A DNA stretch of 64,000 nucleotides from Octopus sinensis. Its lineage: Eukaryota. Positions 1 through 12,151 of this stretch are shown here, piece by piece. How positions within the stretch are numbered: the stretch's first letter is position 1; each line of letters begins with the position of its first letter. Made by a program: the position numbers and the translations under genes. The notes under the pieces are model-generated. The model saw nothing but the letters and a program-made list of their open reading frames with translations, did no database searches and had not been told where the DNA came from. Location: the NCBI RefSeq assembly GCF_006345805.1, contig NC_043001.1:132680001-132744000 (forward strand), written 5' to 3'.

Positions 1-769
1 TGTGTGTGTGTGTGTGTATGTACACCAATATTTTACACATACATGTACACTTGAACATGGGAAGACCTTTTCCTGAGAAAATAGCTTCGGGAGAAATCTC
101 TCCTCTTAGATGATGTGTGAAAAGACATTGGATTGTGGAATGCATGCATTTCTGCCTTATTATAAGTCATCAGCTATAGAAACCAAATTCATTTATAGAC
201 ATATCAGATTGATAATTGATATATATATTTTCATGTGACAAGTGGATTTACCCCATGACTTTAGAAAAACATCTTAAGTAGTGGGCCAGACTGACAATTC
301 TCTAATTAGACCTCATCACTTCCTAGCACTGGACCTGTGTATAATATAGTAAAGTCAAAAAAAGAGTACAGTGAACGTGCTGTGGTGAGTGGAAAAACTA
401 AAGTGCAGTCAGTTTTTCTAACTTAAAGATTGTAAATCTCTGTTGTGTCTAATTTCTCGCCTTCCAACTTTTTCCTGAAGAATGTCTGTGTCTGAAACGT
501 TAGATTTTCCACTCCCCATAGCAAGTTACCTGTACTCTTTTTAATTAACTCAACTAAATAATACAAGTTTCGCTGATGCAGACCAATATCAGTTTCTTTG
601 GTGGCTGTTTGATTGCATATAACATATATGTATATATATAGATAAACCTTACTTGGAAGAGGATGCATGGCATTCAATCATATAATAATATAAATAATAT
701 ATACACACACACACATATATGTATATATGCATATATACATACGTATATGTACATACTTACATCTATACT

Positions 770-1728
770 TATATATATATATGCATATATGGGCACAGGA
801 CATCGTGAAACATGTTTAACAAAAAATACAAAATACAAGTGCATGGAATATGAACAATTTTTCAAACAACAAAAGACACAAATGGAAAACAAGACAAACA
901 ACATACAGAACGACCCTTAATCAGTTGTCGGCTGTTTTTCTATTCTCGTATTTTGAGCATTTAACAACAATATATGCTTTCGATAAAACAGTTGCTCCCG
1001 CAAAGCAAATTAAATCAAAGTTTGGATTTTGCAGAGGGTCAAAATTGAACAGGAAGTGCTGCTAAGCCTAAATAAGGCTGTGGTGGCGAATGCGTAAGTT
1101 TTATCTTAATAATTCTGATGCGCACTCTATACAATCTTTTTACTCTTTCATTTTTCCCTCTTTCTCTCTCTTATTCTTTTACCTCCTCTTCTCCCACTAT
1201 TCTATTCAATTACTCTCTCACTCTCTCTCCCTCACTCCTCCTCCCTTGCTCACGTGGCTCCCACATTACCATCAACCATCTTTCTTTCTTCTCCTAACTT
1301 GTGTTTCTTTCTCTCCGTTGTAGCTGGAACAAGGAAGACGTGTTCTTGTCTGTCTCCTGTCCAAGCTTGATTTACACATTCACCACCACAACCTCGTTTA
1401 GGCTTAGCAGCCCTTCCTGTTTATTTTCACTGTCCTGTTTGTGTTACCAATTTTGACCCTCTGCAAAATCCCAAATTTTATTTAATTCACTTTGTGGGAG
1501 CAACAGTTTTATTGAAATCATATATTGTTGTTAAATGCTCGAAATACAAGAGTAGAAAAACAGCCAACAACTGATTAAAGGTCGTTCTTTATGTTGTTTG
1601 TCTTGTTTTCCATTTGTGTCTTTTGTTAAGAAAAATTGTTCACATTCCATGTACTCGTACTTCGTATTTTTTTGTTGTACACGTTTCGTGACATCCTATG
1701 CCCACATATGCATATATATATATATATA
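770..1728. mobile_element. Fold-back element: ~330-bp inverted arms (770-1097 / 1372-1728) around a 274-bp CT-rich spacer
   Basis: Left arm GGGCACAGGACATCGTGAAAC...GGTGGCGAATGCGTAA aligns to the reverse complement of right arm TTACACATTCACCACC...GTTTCGTGACATCCTATGCCC at roughly 85% by eye. The right arm has an extra ~25 bp. Both ends run into (TA)n. Confidence 0.8.
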
Positions 1729-2779
1729 ATATCATTCATATTATATATATATCATCGCCACACAAAGTTGTTATTGTGCATTTCATGTAAAGAAAAAGTA
1801 TCTTTAAAATATTATAATTATAACATGCAATGCGATATATCTACAATGCAAAAAACCCATTTTAATCCCCAATCAAGAAAGCAATAAAGATTTTAAATTT
1901 TCTTAATCTGCACATGCAAAGAGTCCAAGCAATATGATTCTAACATTATAAATTTTAAATGAACTCCCTACTACATTCTGCCCAAGAAATACTCCTTGAA
2001 ATCTTTGTTCTTAGTATTATTTCTATTTTTATTTTATTATTTTCTCTTTTTTTTTTTTCAAATGAAAATTTATAATTTCCTTCTTTCAAATGATAGGAAT
2101 TAAACTGCTTTTTAAAGATTTATTGAGTCCTTGTTTTTGTTTTTTATAATACTCCATACCCCCCTTCAGTTTGAAATGCTATTCTTTTCAATTATTTATT
2201 TATCATTTGTTGTATTTTGTCAATGTAGTTTTTATTGTTATTTTTTTTTCAGTATAGAAATGGAATAAGTGATAAAACCTGTCTAGTGCATTTTCTTTTC
2301 TTTTTGCTTTCTTTACATTCTTTTTAGGGGATGTAGGAGAGAGAAAGTCTGTTAAATCAGGGATTTGATGAGTGTTCAGAGATGGTAACCAAACTTTTAT
2401 TCCACTTCTGAATTAGTTTGTTACAAAAAGAGATAATGCTAACCCCTTCACTCTTTCTTCCCCACTCCTCTCTCTCTCTCTCTCTCTCTTTCACCCTTTC
2501 TTTCTCATTCTTTCACACATATACACACATATAGACACATGCATGCATAAATAATCTAAAGCCTTATTCTCAAGTATTCCATTTGAATACCAATAGCTAC
2601 TATGTTACATGACAAAAAATACTTACACTAATACTAATTATAATAGGTTTTTTTTACATTAGCATAAATGTCATAAATTTATAATGGAAGGGTTTTTTGG
2701 TTAAACCAACACTAATATATTACTGGTATTTATTTCATCATTGGTTGGATGGGTTTGCTATACATCTTATTATCTTTGT

Positions 2780-2960
2780 CATGAGTCTTTGTCAGTTTTC
2801 TGAGACTCAGTATCCTCCCTTATTTCCATGTCTTCTTTGGTCTTCCTCTGCCACTAACACATCTACCATTAACATGTCACTTTATTACCAAGAATTCCCC
2901 ATCTATTTACATCAGATGTCCATACCAGTGCAGTTGTCTTCTCACATACATTAACCATTA
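2780..2960 (-). mobile_element. Old RTE-type LINE RT C-terminal fragment
   Basis: Minus strand reads RRLHWYGHL, matching RRLRWYGHV in the younger RTE copy at 34952-35311, followed by decayed downstream sequence. Confidence 0.45.
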
Positions 2961-3731
2961 ACTATAATACCCAGAAAGCTTACTTAGGCTCAGCACTTTT
3001 CATGCAAGTTAACATTACACAATCAAAGAAACATTTCTATTTAGTTTTTTGGCAGATTTTCTACATACTTATTTATCACTAGTATGTAGCTTCACACACT
3101 TGGCACAGGCAGCATACTGTCTTATTTTGAGAGAAAAAGAGAGGGAGGGAGGGAGAGAGAAATTACAGCAATAGCTGTCCAAATTTATTTTAGCAGACAT
3201 AGTGTAATAGGACTACATTATCCACTGCGTACTTCCTTTCTTAAGTGTATAGATTTGACTTAAGAGAAATTTGGCTGCTATTAGGAATAATTCAATAAGA
3301 CATGTCCCCCTTTCACCTACTACTCATAGTGCTTTCTCACCCAATAAGTCACTAAGATTCTGGAAATTTTAAAAAGTACAACCCTTCAAACCTTGCTAAT
3401 TAAGGGCTGCAATTTAAAAAAGAGAGGTAAAGTTAACTGAGTCAACCTCAGTTCATGATTCAAACATTCATGATTCAAAATTGACCCCAGTTCAATAAAT
3501 GACAATGAAGTTTTTAGCATTATTCAAATTCTGGATATAATTATTTTTAGAGTGGTGGGCAACTGAAAATGGTGGAATGTAGCATATAAGCATTAATAAT
3601 GCTTGCTCCAAGTCACCTCCAAACCAGAAGATCTATGAGCTAAGACATTTCATCCATAACTATCTTGCCTTTTTCTAAATCAAGAACTACATTGTCCAAT
3701 ATATTCTTTCACAGAAAACAGTATGGGATTT

Positions 3732-3964
3732 AATAATAAATCTCTGAACGAGATGTAAACAGTAACCGCTCGACAACGTAAAGTATACTAGCCATCTCAA
3801 TATGGCTAACCACTAAGGGTGGGTGTTACTATAGCTTTGCAAATACCATAAGAGCACAGAAAGTGTGCCTAAAGCCAGCTGGAGACGATGATCTCCTGAG
3901 GCTAAAAGCTACAGTAACACCCAACCTTAGTGGTTAGCCATATTGAGATGGCTAGTATACTTTA
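3732..3964. mobile_element. 233-bp fold-back insertion with 60-bp inverted arms and 12-bp target-site duplication
   Basis: Arms 3779-3838 and 3905-3964 differ at 2 positions. Direct repeat AGTATGGGATTT at 3720-3731 and 3965-3976. Confidence 0.8.
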
Positions 3965-4117
3965 AGTATGGGATTTGATGGAGTTCTATCTATTATTTCT
4001 ATCTTATCAAGCAACTGTGTAGGGTATTCCATTCTGAATCATGCAAAATCAGTAAATAAGAAAAATATGTAGGGCGTGAGACAAAACATCTTGCAGCATT
4101 TAGTCATGTCACTATAC

Positions 4118-4322
4118 TTCTTTACTCTTTTTACTTGTTTCAGTCATTTGACTGCGGCCATGCTGGAGCACCGCCTTTAGTCGAGCAAATTGACCCCGGG
4201 ACTTATTCTTTGTAAGCCCAGTACTTATTCTATCGGTCTCTTTTGCCGAACCGCTAAGTGACGGGGACGTAAACACACGAGCATCGGTTGTTAAGCACAG
4301 ACACACAAACATATACACACAC

Positions 4323-4369
<47 letters not shown>

Positions 4370-4535
4370 TACGACAGGCTTCTTTCAGTTTCCATCTACC
4401 AAATCCACTCACAAGGCATTGGTCAGCCCGGAGCTATAGCAGAAGACACTTGCCCAAAGTGCCACGCAGTGGGACTGAACCCAGAACCATGTGGTTGGTA
4501 AGCAAGCTACTTACCACACAGCCACTCCTGCGCCT
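4118..4535 (-). mobile_element. tRNA-derived SINE, family A
   Basis: Minus strand starts AGGCGCAGGAGTGGCTGTGTGGTAAG (A-box-like), has GGTTCAGTCCC (B-box-like), an internal CA/TA microsatellite and a tail ending AAACAAGTAAAAAGAG. Near-identical to ~13 other copies in the window. Confidence 0.9.
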
Positions 4536-6539
4536 ATGTTTATTTATATTGAATTTTATGAAATAATACTTTTAGTGACTACAAACTGTCACAGAAGGGA
4601 AAATAACAAATTCAACTGAAGACAGCTGTTATTTTATTAACTGTATAACTATGGTGCCTATAAAATTGATATTCTATTTTATAAAGTTAAAATCCCCATC
4701 ATTCACTCATCTGACACACATGATTTTTCTCAGGAGATTTACATATCCAGCCTAATAAGCAAAAGACTAGCAGATTGTATTGTATGTGGCTTCAAGAGAA
4801 TTTTGCGCTGATGTCTAAAACAGCCAAATCACATGGAGCCAAATGCAGATTTCTGGGAAATTTCAACTGGGAAATTGTTTCATTAATTTTTACAGTGCAT
4901 ACCTTAAACCCTACCATATACAGCTTAAAGAGGTTTTCAGCTTTATATTAATAAGACTAATAAACCATTTATGGCTATATCTGATCAAGAAGATTGAAGC
5001 AATACTATGAATGTTATTTACAGAAAAATAAATACAGATTATTTTTTCTTTTGTTAAAGAATCCCCTATACCCTTTCTTAGGGAAAGGGTATAGGGGATT
5101 AAATCAACGAGGCTGTGAGATTAAGATGATGGACTGCTGACCACAAGGCTATAAGTTTAAATCCATGTACTGTTGTGATTCTGCCTACTCCAGCTGGAAT
5201 GCACATAAAGAAAAATCAGACTTTATTTTAACTTCAGAACTGAGATTTTTTGATTTTTTCAGTATTCTTCTTAATCAGAGACGGAAAGGCAACACCTATG
5301 ACCTTTTTACATGGCCTCTGAAAGTCATGCAGAAGGGAAGGAATTATCCTCAGATTGAAGACCAGCTTTCGATGTTTGCAACATAAAAATGTCTCTGAAA
5401 GCATCCAAGGGCTTGCAGGCAGGCAATGAATTATTTCTATTACCTTTGAGCAAGAATGTAACCTCTGATGGGCTTCCATATATTTACCATCATCAAATTT
5501 CACTCACAAGGTTTTGGTCAACCTAAAGTTAAGATAGAAGAAACTTGCCTAAGTAAGTGAACAGTGGATTGAACCCCAAAATTAAGTAGTTGTGAAGTGA
5601 ACCACTTAACCATACAGCCATGCCTGCACATATTGCAAGAAAGGTATTCAACTGTAGGAAAAACTTTTTTCTTAAAATGAATCCAGCAGATGTAAGCAGA
5701 AGAAAACAGATCAAGAAAAAATTCTAAAACACAAAAATAAAATAAATCTATCTCATTATATGACTGGTAAATATTTCATCAATATCAGAAATGTAAAAAC
5801 CAATGTTGAACAGAGTAGGAATTAAAACGGTTTTTTTTTTTTTGTTTTTGTTGGTCAAGAGGGAAACCAGTATCCATAACTCTTTATAAGAACTTCAAGG
5901 CAGGTGAAAAGGAGAAAAAAGGACTTCTGAAACCAGTGACCTAGCTCAAATACTTACATTTGTTAGATTCTGCTAAAGGCACCCAAGATTCTGGATGATG
6001 GTGTTAAACAAGAAATGGATTAAACCTACAACCTAAGCAGGCTACGCAAAGAGCCAGAACAAGTATTGCAAGGCATCTGATCTGATATTGTTCCTGTTCA
6101 TTCAGTTCAGTACGTTGCATTGGTACTTTTTTAATCAATCCCGAAAGAATGAAAGGCAAAATAAATATGGGTAGGATTTGAACCCATAGCACAGTGAATC
6201 AGAACAAATACTGTAAGCTCTAATACTAATGCTCTAGTGATTCCACCATTTCGGCAGCTAGTGTAAAGAGATGTATCTAAATACTGAAAAGTATTTTGTC
6301 TGCCACTAAAATATTCCAGCCAGTCAACTAAATACATATTGACTGGTTGAAAATATATTGATTTTTTTTTCTTATATTGGCACAGAAGAACAAATATGTA
6401 GGTGAAGGATACAGTTGATAGAACAGACCCCCAATAGCAAAATTGTTCATCATTACCATTACTTACCATTCAAGTACTGGAGTGGATGATGGTATTAACT
6501 AACAGCCCTACCCTCAAATTTGCAACCCTTGTACATTAA

Positions 6540-6588
<49 letters not shown>

Positions 6589-6644
6589 ATTAATTATTAT
6601 TATTATTATTATTATTTATTATTATATTATTATTATTATTATTA

Positions 6645-6681
<37 letters not shown>

Positions 6682-6742
6682 CATTATTATTATTATATTA
6701 TTATTATTATTATATTATATTATTATTATTCTTATTATTATT

Positions 6743-6773
<31 letters not shown>

Positions 6774-6810
6774 TATTATTATTATTAATATTATTAATAA
6801 TAATAATAAT
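6540..6810. repeat. (ATT/TAT)n microsatellite
   Basis: Direct reading; source of the poly-L/Y/I ORF 6520-6909. Confidence 0.95.
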
Positions 6811-7461
6811 TCTGTTTTAAAATTTCCTTCAGTACTCTTATTTACAATATTTGAAAGGATTGATAAAGCATTAAGAAGAAACAGCAAAACAAAACAAAAA
6901 AAAAATTAAAAACTCAAAGCCAAAAAGGAAAAAAAAAACCAAACAGAATAAGACAAAAATAAGAGGAAGAAGGTGACTATTTATTACAAAACCAATCAGA
7001 TGGATATCTTGATTATGAATGAGTCAATATCTTAACTGAACACACTCTCTGCATCCTTTCAAAATAGTAACTGAGAAACATTAATCAAACAATAACACTG
7101 TAGACAGGAAACTATCTCCCAATGAACATTTTCTTAAAGATTATCATTTTTAGTTGCACTCATTTCAAAGCCAGGCAGGGAATAAAAACTCTCATGAACA
7201 ATAAATAAATATATAGATGTTATATAAAATAACAAACTATGTAAATAAAATATACTAGAATATAAATGTAAAAAAAAAATAAATATGAAAATTCAATTTT
7301 GATATTCACATTCCTATATCAAGAGTAAAACAAATAAATAAAATAGATTAGGTTTGTACATATGGATCAATGTATATAAAACATTATATATATATATATA
7401 TATACATAGTACTATGAATTTAAATTAGCAATAATTTCAGGGCACAGACCATAATGGGTAT

Positions 7462-8195
7462 TATCATTATCAATTAACGTTCATTTTCCGTGCTGGCATG
7501 GGTTGAATGGTTTGACTGAGGTCTGGAGAGCCAGCAGTTGCACCTGGCAAAGTTTCTACAGTTTGAAGCCCTTCCTAATGCCAACCACTTCAAGAGTGTA
7601 GAGGGTGCTTTTTACGTACCAACGGCACAGGAGCCAGTCAGACGGGTTCTGGCAGCGAATACATTTGGATGGTGCTTTTTACATGCCACCGGCACAGGAG
7701 CCAGTCAGGTGAGTTCAGGCAGTAAATACGTTTGGATGGTACCTTTTACGTGCCACCAGCACAGGAGCCAGTCAAGTGGACCTGGCATTGACCACATTAG
7801 GATGGTACTGTTTACGTGCCACTGGCATGGGAGCCAGTCAGGGGGCACTGGCCCCAGTTACGATATTGGTTTTACTTGACTCAACAGGTCTTCTCAAGCA
7901 TATCATATCACCTGATGTATCAGGGGTATTCGTAACAGGGCCGGACATGTGTGGCTACGATCTCACTTTAGTTGCTGGCTCTTCTCAATAACAGCATATC
8001 TCCAAAGATCCCAGTCTCTTCTCATTGCCTCTATGAAACCCAATCTTTGAAGGTCATGCTTCACCACCTCATCCCATGTCTTCCTGGGTCTACCTCTTCC
8101 ACAGGTTTCTTCTATAGTTAGAGAGTGGCACTTCTTCACACAGCTGTCTTCATTTATATATTACACATGGCCATACCAGTGCAGTCACCTTTCTA
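7462..8195 (-). mobile_element. 5'-truncated RTE LINE copy (RT C-terminus plus 3' UTR with 4 x ~67-bp repeats)
   Basis: 8040-8190 is homologous to 35030-35180 (RGRPRKTWDEVVKHD). The tail is homologous to 33990-34150. Confidence 0.85.
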
Positions 8196-8842
8196 TTTAA
8201 TTATATATGTGCATGTGTGAATGATGTATGTGTCTGTGTACTGCTGTTGTCATCTTACACCCATTTCCATGCTGGCTTGGGTTTGATTTGTTGTCACAAT
8301 TCATGTCAGTTTCTATTTGAGGTTACTGCCTACCTGCATATCTGATCTCATTCATACATTTTAAATTGGCATAGTTTCTACAGCTTGTTGCCATTCCTGA
8401 CAGCAAAACATGGTACCAAAACAAAAGAGATCATGTCTTTGACAAGAGAAGAGTAAAACAACCCCTGGAACCCCGCGATATCTTTGCTCCTTTGCCAACC
8501 AATAAAAATTATAAAAATTGTCCCTAGATAACATTTTGCAGAATATAAATTACATATTACCATTTCAAACACACTGACCTGAAAAAAAGCGTAAAATGTA
8601 AAAGTTACAGAAATTAGTAGTAATAAAGTTGGTGACAGGGGAGAAAATTATTCCAAACTCCTCAGCAACAGTATTTTACTAAGTTTTATGAATATAGTAT
8701 TAGTCTCAATCTATTCAACTGAAAACCTTTCTTTACAAAATTTCATTTAAAAAATACGTTTATCTTTCAGAAACTTATAAGAATGAAAAAGGTGATGAGA
8801 CATCAAAGTCTCTATGTGTGTATATATATATATAAATATATA

Positions 8843-9241
8843 TCTTTATATATAAAAGTGAAGTTGTGTGTCTGTCTCCTACGATTTAGATTCCTAACTA
8901 CTCCCACATTTTGCGGTGCAGTGTAACCAAAAGCGGGTATCTTATAGTCGTGATTCATATTGAGCCCTTTTGGGTATTAGCGCGCGTCTACGATGAGTCT
9001 ACGATTTTAAAAGTAATTTACTATTATTTTTTTCCATTTTAATGCATTTTTTTCGCTATTATATAAGGGAAGTAACTCTCTAAAAATGTCTACGATGAGT
9101 CAACGATTTTTAAAAAAAATTACCATAATTTTTTTTCCATTTTTAATGCATTTTTTTTCTATTTTTTGGCTATAACTCTCTAAAAATGCTTATATAGTTA
9201 TTTCCCTTACAAACCCGAGCAACGCCGAGCGATACTGCTAG
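8843..9241 (+). mobile_element. Non-autonomous Helitron
   Basis: Begins A|TC (8843) and ends CTAG|T (9238-9241), with a GC-rich subterminal segment CCCGAGCAACGCCGAGCG. A second copy lies at 50896-51185. No TSD; inserted between A and T, as Helitrons do. Confidence 0.8.
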
Positions 9242-9644
9242 TATATATATATATATATAACAAAAGCACAAATAAAGGTTACAAACCTCATTCAGGGATA
9301 GCAAAATCCTATGAAAGTACTGGTTAGTTACCACATTACAGTTAACACTCAACTGCAAGGTAACTATATAAACCATGGTTTATATATATATTTATTTATT
9401 TATCATAATAAGATGAGGATGAGAAAATAGAGAAGTTATTAATAAATTATTATTTATTAATTAAAAAACTTGACAAACATCCCTTACAGCTGTTTCAATT
9501 CCAGACCTTCAGAAAATTAATTAATTAAATTAAAAATTATTTGAAAGTTGAATCTCAACATATACAAAATAGGTGTTCAATTCTTGTATATTGAGTAAAC
9601 AGCAGCAAACCATTAACGGTTTCAGAAATATATATGTACATATA

Positions 9645-10062
9645 CTCTCTTTTACTCTCTTTTACTTGTTTCAGTCATTTAACTGCGGCCATGCTGGAGC
9701 ACCGCCTTTAATCGAGCAACTCAACCCCGGGACTTATTCTTTTGTAAGCTCAGCACTTATTCTATCGGTCTCTTTTGCCGAACTGCTAAGTAACGGGGAC
9801 ATAAACACACCAGCATCGGTTGTCAAGCAATGCTTGGGGGACAAACACAGACACACAAACACACACACGCATATATATATATATATATACATATATACGA
9901 CGGGCTTCTTTTCAGTTTCCATCTACCAAATCCACTCACAAGGCATTGGTCGGCCCGAGGCTATAGCAGAAGACACTTGTCCAAGGTGCCACGTAGTGGG
10001 ACTGAACCTGGAACCATGTGGTTGGTAAACAAGCTACTTACCACACAGCCACTCCTGCACCT
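9645..10062 (-). mobile_element. tRNA-derived SINE, family A
   Basis: Full-length match to the 4118-4535 family. Confidence 0.9.
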
Positions 10063-10065
10063 ATA

Positions 10066-10639
10066 CATATAGTGCATGTAACTTGGTATACACATTATGA
10101 AGAAGCAATACATTTTCTCTTCATTTTATAGTTTATCTTCAAAAAGTTAAATATAGGCGCAGGAGTGGCTGTGTGGTAAGTAGCTTGTTTACCAACCACA
10201 TGGTTCTGGGTTCAGTCCCACTGCATGGCACCTTGGGCAAGTGTTTTCTACTATACCCTCTGGCCGACCAAAGCCTTGTGAGTGGATTTGGTAGACGGAA
10301 ACTGAAAGAAGCCCGTCGTATATATGTATATATGTATGCATCTGTGTGTTTGTCCCCCTAGCATTGCTTGACAACCGATGCTGGTGTGTTTATGTCCCCG
10401 TTGCTTGGCGGTTCGGCAAAAGAGACCGATAGAATAAGTACTGGGCTTACAAAAGAATAAGTCCCGGGGTCGAGTTGCTCGATTAAAGGCGGTGCTCCAG
10501 CATGGCCGCAGTCAAATGACTGAAACAAATAAAAGAGTAAAAGAGTATATGTATTTAACTTTTTGAAGATAAACTATGAAATGAAAAGAAAATGTATTGC
10601 TTCTCCATATTGTGTATACCAAGTGACATGTACTATATG
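10066..10639. repeat. Palindromic element (arms 10066-10152 / 10552-10639) split at its centre by a SINE
   Basis: CATATAGTGCATGTAACTTGGTATACAC...CAAAAAGTTAAATA is the reverse complement of TATTTAACTTTTTG...GTGTATACCAAGTGACATGTACTATATG, about 90% identical by eye. Confidence 0.8.
10155..10545 (+). mobile_element. tRNA-derived SINE, family A
   Basis: AGGCGCAGGAGTGGCTGTGTGG...GAAACAAATAAAAGAGTAAAAGAG. Confidence 0.9.
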
Positions 10640-11011
10640 CATATGTATATATGCTATTTATACTTTTTAAACTGTTTGTCTATCATACACCTCATTTCAC
10701 TCATGCATGAGTGTGTTTATCTGCCATAACTACTTCATCAATTCCTTCTCCTCCTTGTCCTCTGTCTCTTTGATTACTTTCTCTCACATTGGCTGTGTGC
10801 ATAATGTTCTCTCACTCATTAACTGCCACTCATCCTGTACCTCTTACTTTGACACTCTCTGTATCTCACTTTTACTTTCTCTCTCCAACTCTCTACATGA
10901 TATAAAGCATGACTTAGCAAAGCAGTCAACCAGCAAACCAACCAACATACCAGCTATTATCATATAAAGGTGTTGATTGTTATATTCTTATAAATATCTA
11001 CATACATATAT

Positions 11012-11305
11012 AGGTGCAGGAGTGGCTGTGTGGTAAGTAGCTTGCTTACCAACCACATGGTTCTGAGTTCAGTTCCACTGCGTGGCACCTTGGGCAAGTG
11101 TCTTCTACTATAGCCTCGGGTTGACCAAAGCCTTGTGAGTGGATTTGGTAGACGGAAACTGAAAGAAGCCCATCGTATATATGTTTATATATATATATGT
11201 GTGTGTATGTTTGTGTGTGTTGACAACCGATGCTGGTGCATTTATGTCCCCGTTACTTTGGGGAGACCGATAGAATAAGTACTGGGCTTACAAAGAATAA
11301 GAGAG
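11012..11305 (+). mobile_element. tRNA-derived SINE, family A (3'-truncated/deleted)
   Basis: Family A head present; stops after GGGCTTACAAAGAATAAG. Confidence 0.85.
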
Positions 11306-11754
11306 TATATATATATGAGTGTATATATGTGTATATATAAATATGCATATATATGTAGATGTGTGTGTATGTATATATGTATACACAGGAATATAGATGT
11401 GTGTGTGTAGTTAAGATGCTTACTTTGAAACTACATGAGTTTCAAGGTGACTTCCACTGCATAACACCTTAGGCAAGTGCCTTGTACTATAACCCCAATC
11501 CAACCAATGAATCACAAGTGAATCTGGGAGATGAAAACTGTGAAGCCCATCATGTGTATGTGTGTGTACGACGCTGTGTCTATGTTTATCCCCACCACCA
11601 CTTGACAGCTGATATCAGTTTGTTTACGTCCCAGTAACTTAGCAGCTTGGCAAAAGATATCAATATAATAAGTAACAAACTTTAAAATAATACTGGATAA
11701 AGGATAAGATATAAAGAAATGAAGCACAAGTACCGTAAATATATAGAACAAATA

Positions 11755-12151
11755 CTCTTTTACTTGTTTCAGTCATTTGACTGCGGCCATGCTGCAGCAC
11801 CGCCTTTAATCGAGCAACTCGATCCCGGGACTTATTCTTTTGTAAGCCCAGTACTTATTCTATCGGTCTCTTTTGCCGAACCGCTAAGTGACGGGGACGT
11901 AAACACACCAGCGTCGGTTGTCAAGCAATGCTTGGGAGACAAACACACACACAAACACACACATGCATATATATATATACATATATACGACGGGCTTCTT
12001 TCAGTTTCCGTCTACCAAATCCACTCACAAGGCTTTGGTCGGCCTGAGGCTATAGTAGAAGACACTTGCCCATGGTGCCATGCAGTGGGACTGAACCCGG
12101 AACCATGTGGTTGGTAAACAAGCTACTTACCACACAGCCACTCCTGCGCCT
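11755..12151 (-). mobile_element. tRNA-derived SINE, family A
   Basis: Full-length family match. Confidence 0.9.

Noticed and set aside
423-677. Minus-strand ORF/exon ATKETDIGLHQRNLYYLVELIKKST
   Set aside because: Weak acceptor, no recognisable homology, and it overlaps a region that looks like a repeat end.
4288-4566. Recurrent ORFs ending RQASFSFHLPNPLTRHWSAR... / ...AEDTCPRCHAVGLNPEPCGW suggesting a gene family
   Set aside because: These are antisense reading frames of SINE family A; their recurrence reflects SINE copy number.
6520-6909. Poly-L/Y/I 'membrane protein' ORFs (also 17734, 28569-28900, 60473)
   Set aside because: They are triplet microsatellite translations.
7604-7870. CRISPR-like repeat-spacer appearance (38-bp conserved plus ~29-bp variable)
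   Set aside because: The 'spacers' are homologous to each other, the array lies in a LINE 3' UTR, the context is eukaryotic and there are no cas genes.
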